Source of the DNA: Antedon mediterranea
Taxonomy: Eukaryota; Animalia; Echinodermata
Direction: 5' to 3'
DNA: 64,000 nucleotides
NCBI RefSeq assembly: GCF_964355755.1
Contig: NC_092679.1
Location: forward strand, 21,931,432 to 21,995,431
The notes below the pieces were generated by a model, which was given only the letters and a program-made list of their open reading frames with translations, was not told the origin of the DNA and did no database searches. Of the stretch, positions 63,078 to 64,000 are shown piece after piece; within the stretch, counting starts at the first letter, position 1; each line of letters starts with the position of its first letter. Position numbers and translations under genes: made by a program.

Positions 63078-64000
63078 AATATCTTTCAATTTTAAACTTT
63101 GGACTTGGTACTCTAAAATAAATTAAAATGATAAATTAAACGTTCAGAATATTTGAGTAAAATATGTAGAAGAGACTGAGAGAGGGCGGGTTTTATAAAA
63201 TAAAGTGCGCTGACTGTCGAAGATAGAAACAGGACAAATTGTATGAGACAGATTCTCCGGAAACTTTGAGGCAACTAAACTAACATGGCAAACCTCATTT
63301 TAATCATTTTAAAGTAGTAGCATCCTCAATTGGCCCAATTACTTATAAACCTGACAAATTGGTAATTAAATATGTTGTTAAAGACGTCTATAAAGGACAT
63401 TCCGGGTGACAGTCTAGAGGTAAGGGAAATTACCGAAGGAGAGGGTTTGTCCTGTATAGTAATTACTCTAGGATGTTTTGACCTCACTTCAATCAGAATG
63501 ACATCATAGGAAATTTTATAGGGGATAAATACCTTTGAATAAAATATGTAGTGCAGATGTTTTCCTTGCCTCCAGCTATTTTATGCCGGATTTGGCTAAA
63601 ATTGAATCCTCACAATTGATGTAATGTGATTAAAGAAATCCTGTTCTTTCTTCATTAATTTGTAGTTCACATTCGAGAAGTGTTTATGTTTTGAATTTAC
63701 CATGTGTTCTTGTTTCCTTTTATTTATTGATACAGATTGGAAGGAAGGGGCTTTTTAAAATGAGCCTGTCTCCCTCCTTCCTTGTACAGTTTTTTATACA
63801 TGTGGTTTTCTTTTAAAATGTACCGGATTTAATTATTACCAACAGTCAGGTTAGTGCAGGTTTTAGGATGGAGTGTATACAGTCTATAAAGTTGGTTTAT
63901 TAAAGCTTTGTCCACACTATCAAAGTTAATGTGACAAAAAATGTTGTCAAACTAGTTTGATAATGTAGACAAACCAACCCAGGTTCTACAGTAAATAACA

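Noticed and set aside
58272-64000. Further Smaug exons or other genes among the short ORFs
   Set aside because: None shows SAM/PHAT or any other recognisable domain; the region is consistent with a long AT-rich intron.

Overview
AT-rich, intron-rich animal genomic DNA, not prokaryotic. The gene and repeat content suggests an invertebrate deuterostome such as an echinoderm (inference). By manual splicing the window holds five gene models. (1) The 3' ten coding exons of UTP25/DIEXF (+, ~3445-25771), including an AT-AC U12-type intron. (2, 3) Two tandem 4-exon alpha-2,8-sialyltransferase (ST8Sia-like, GT29) paralogs on the minus strand (26128-33238 and 37170-41752); the second has an in-frame TAA in a frame-symmetric, skippable stem exon. 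(4) A complete 6-exon CGRRF1 (+, 46959-53045) with a GT-AG U12-type intron. (5) The first coding exon of Smaug/SAMD4 (+, 58005-58224). Introns and intergenic DNA are packed with non-autonomous transposons (piggyBac-, P/hAT-, Kolobok-, Ginger-, Tigger-, Helitron- and Helentron-like), two 5'-truncated LINEs, tRNA-derived SINEs and several tandem arrays, some apparently amplified from transposon ends. I found no CRISPR array or clearly new enzymatic system. The best leads are the nonsense-in-skippable-exon ST8Sia paralog, the two minor-spliceosome introns, the nested transposons with verifiable empty sites, and the TE-derived satellites. All identifications come from reading the sequence and recalling family motifs; no database searches were run.
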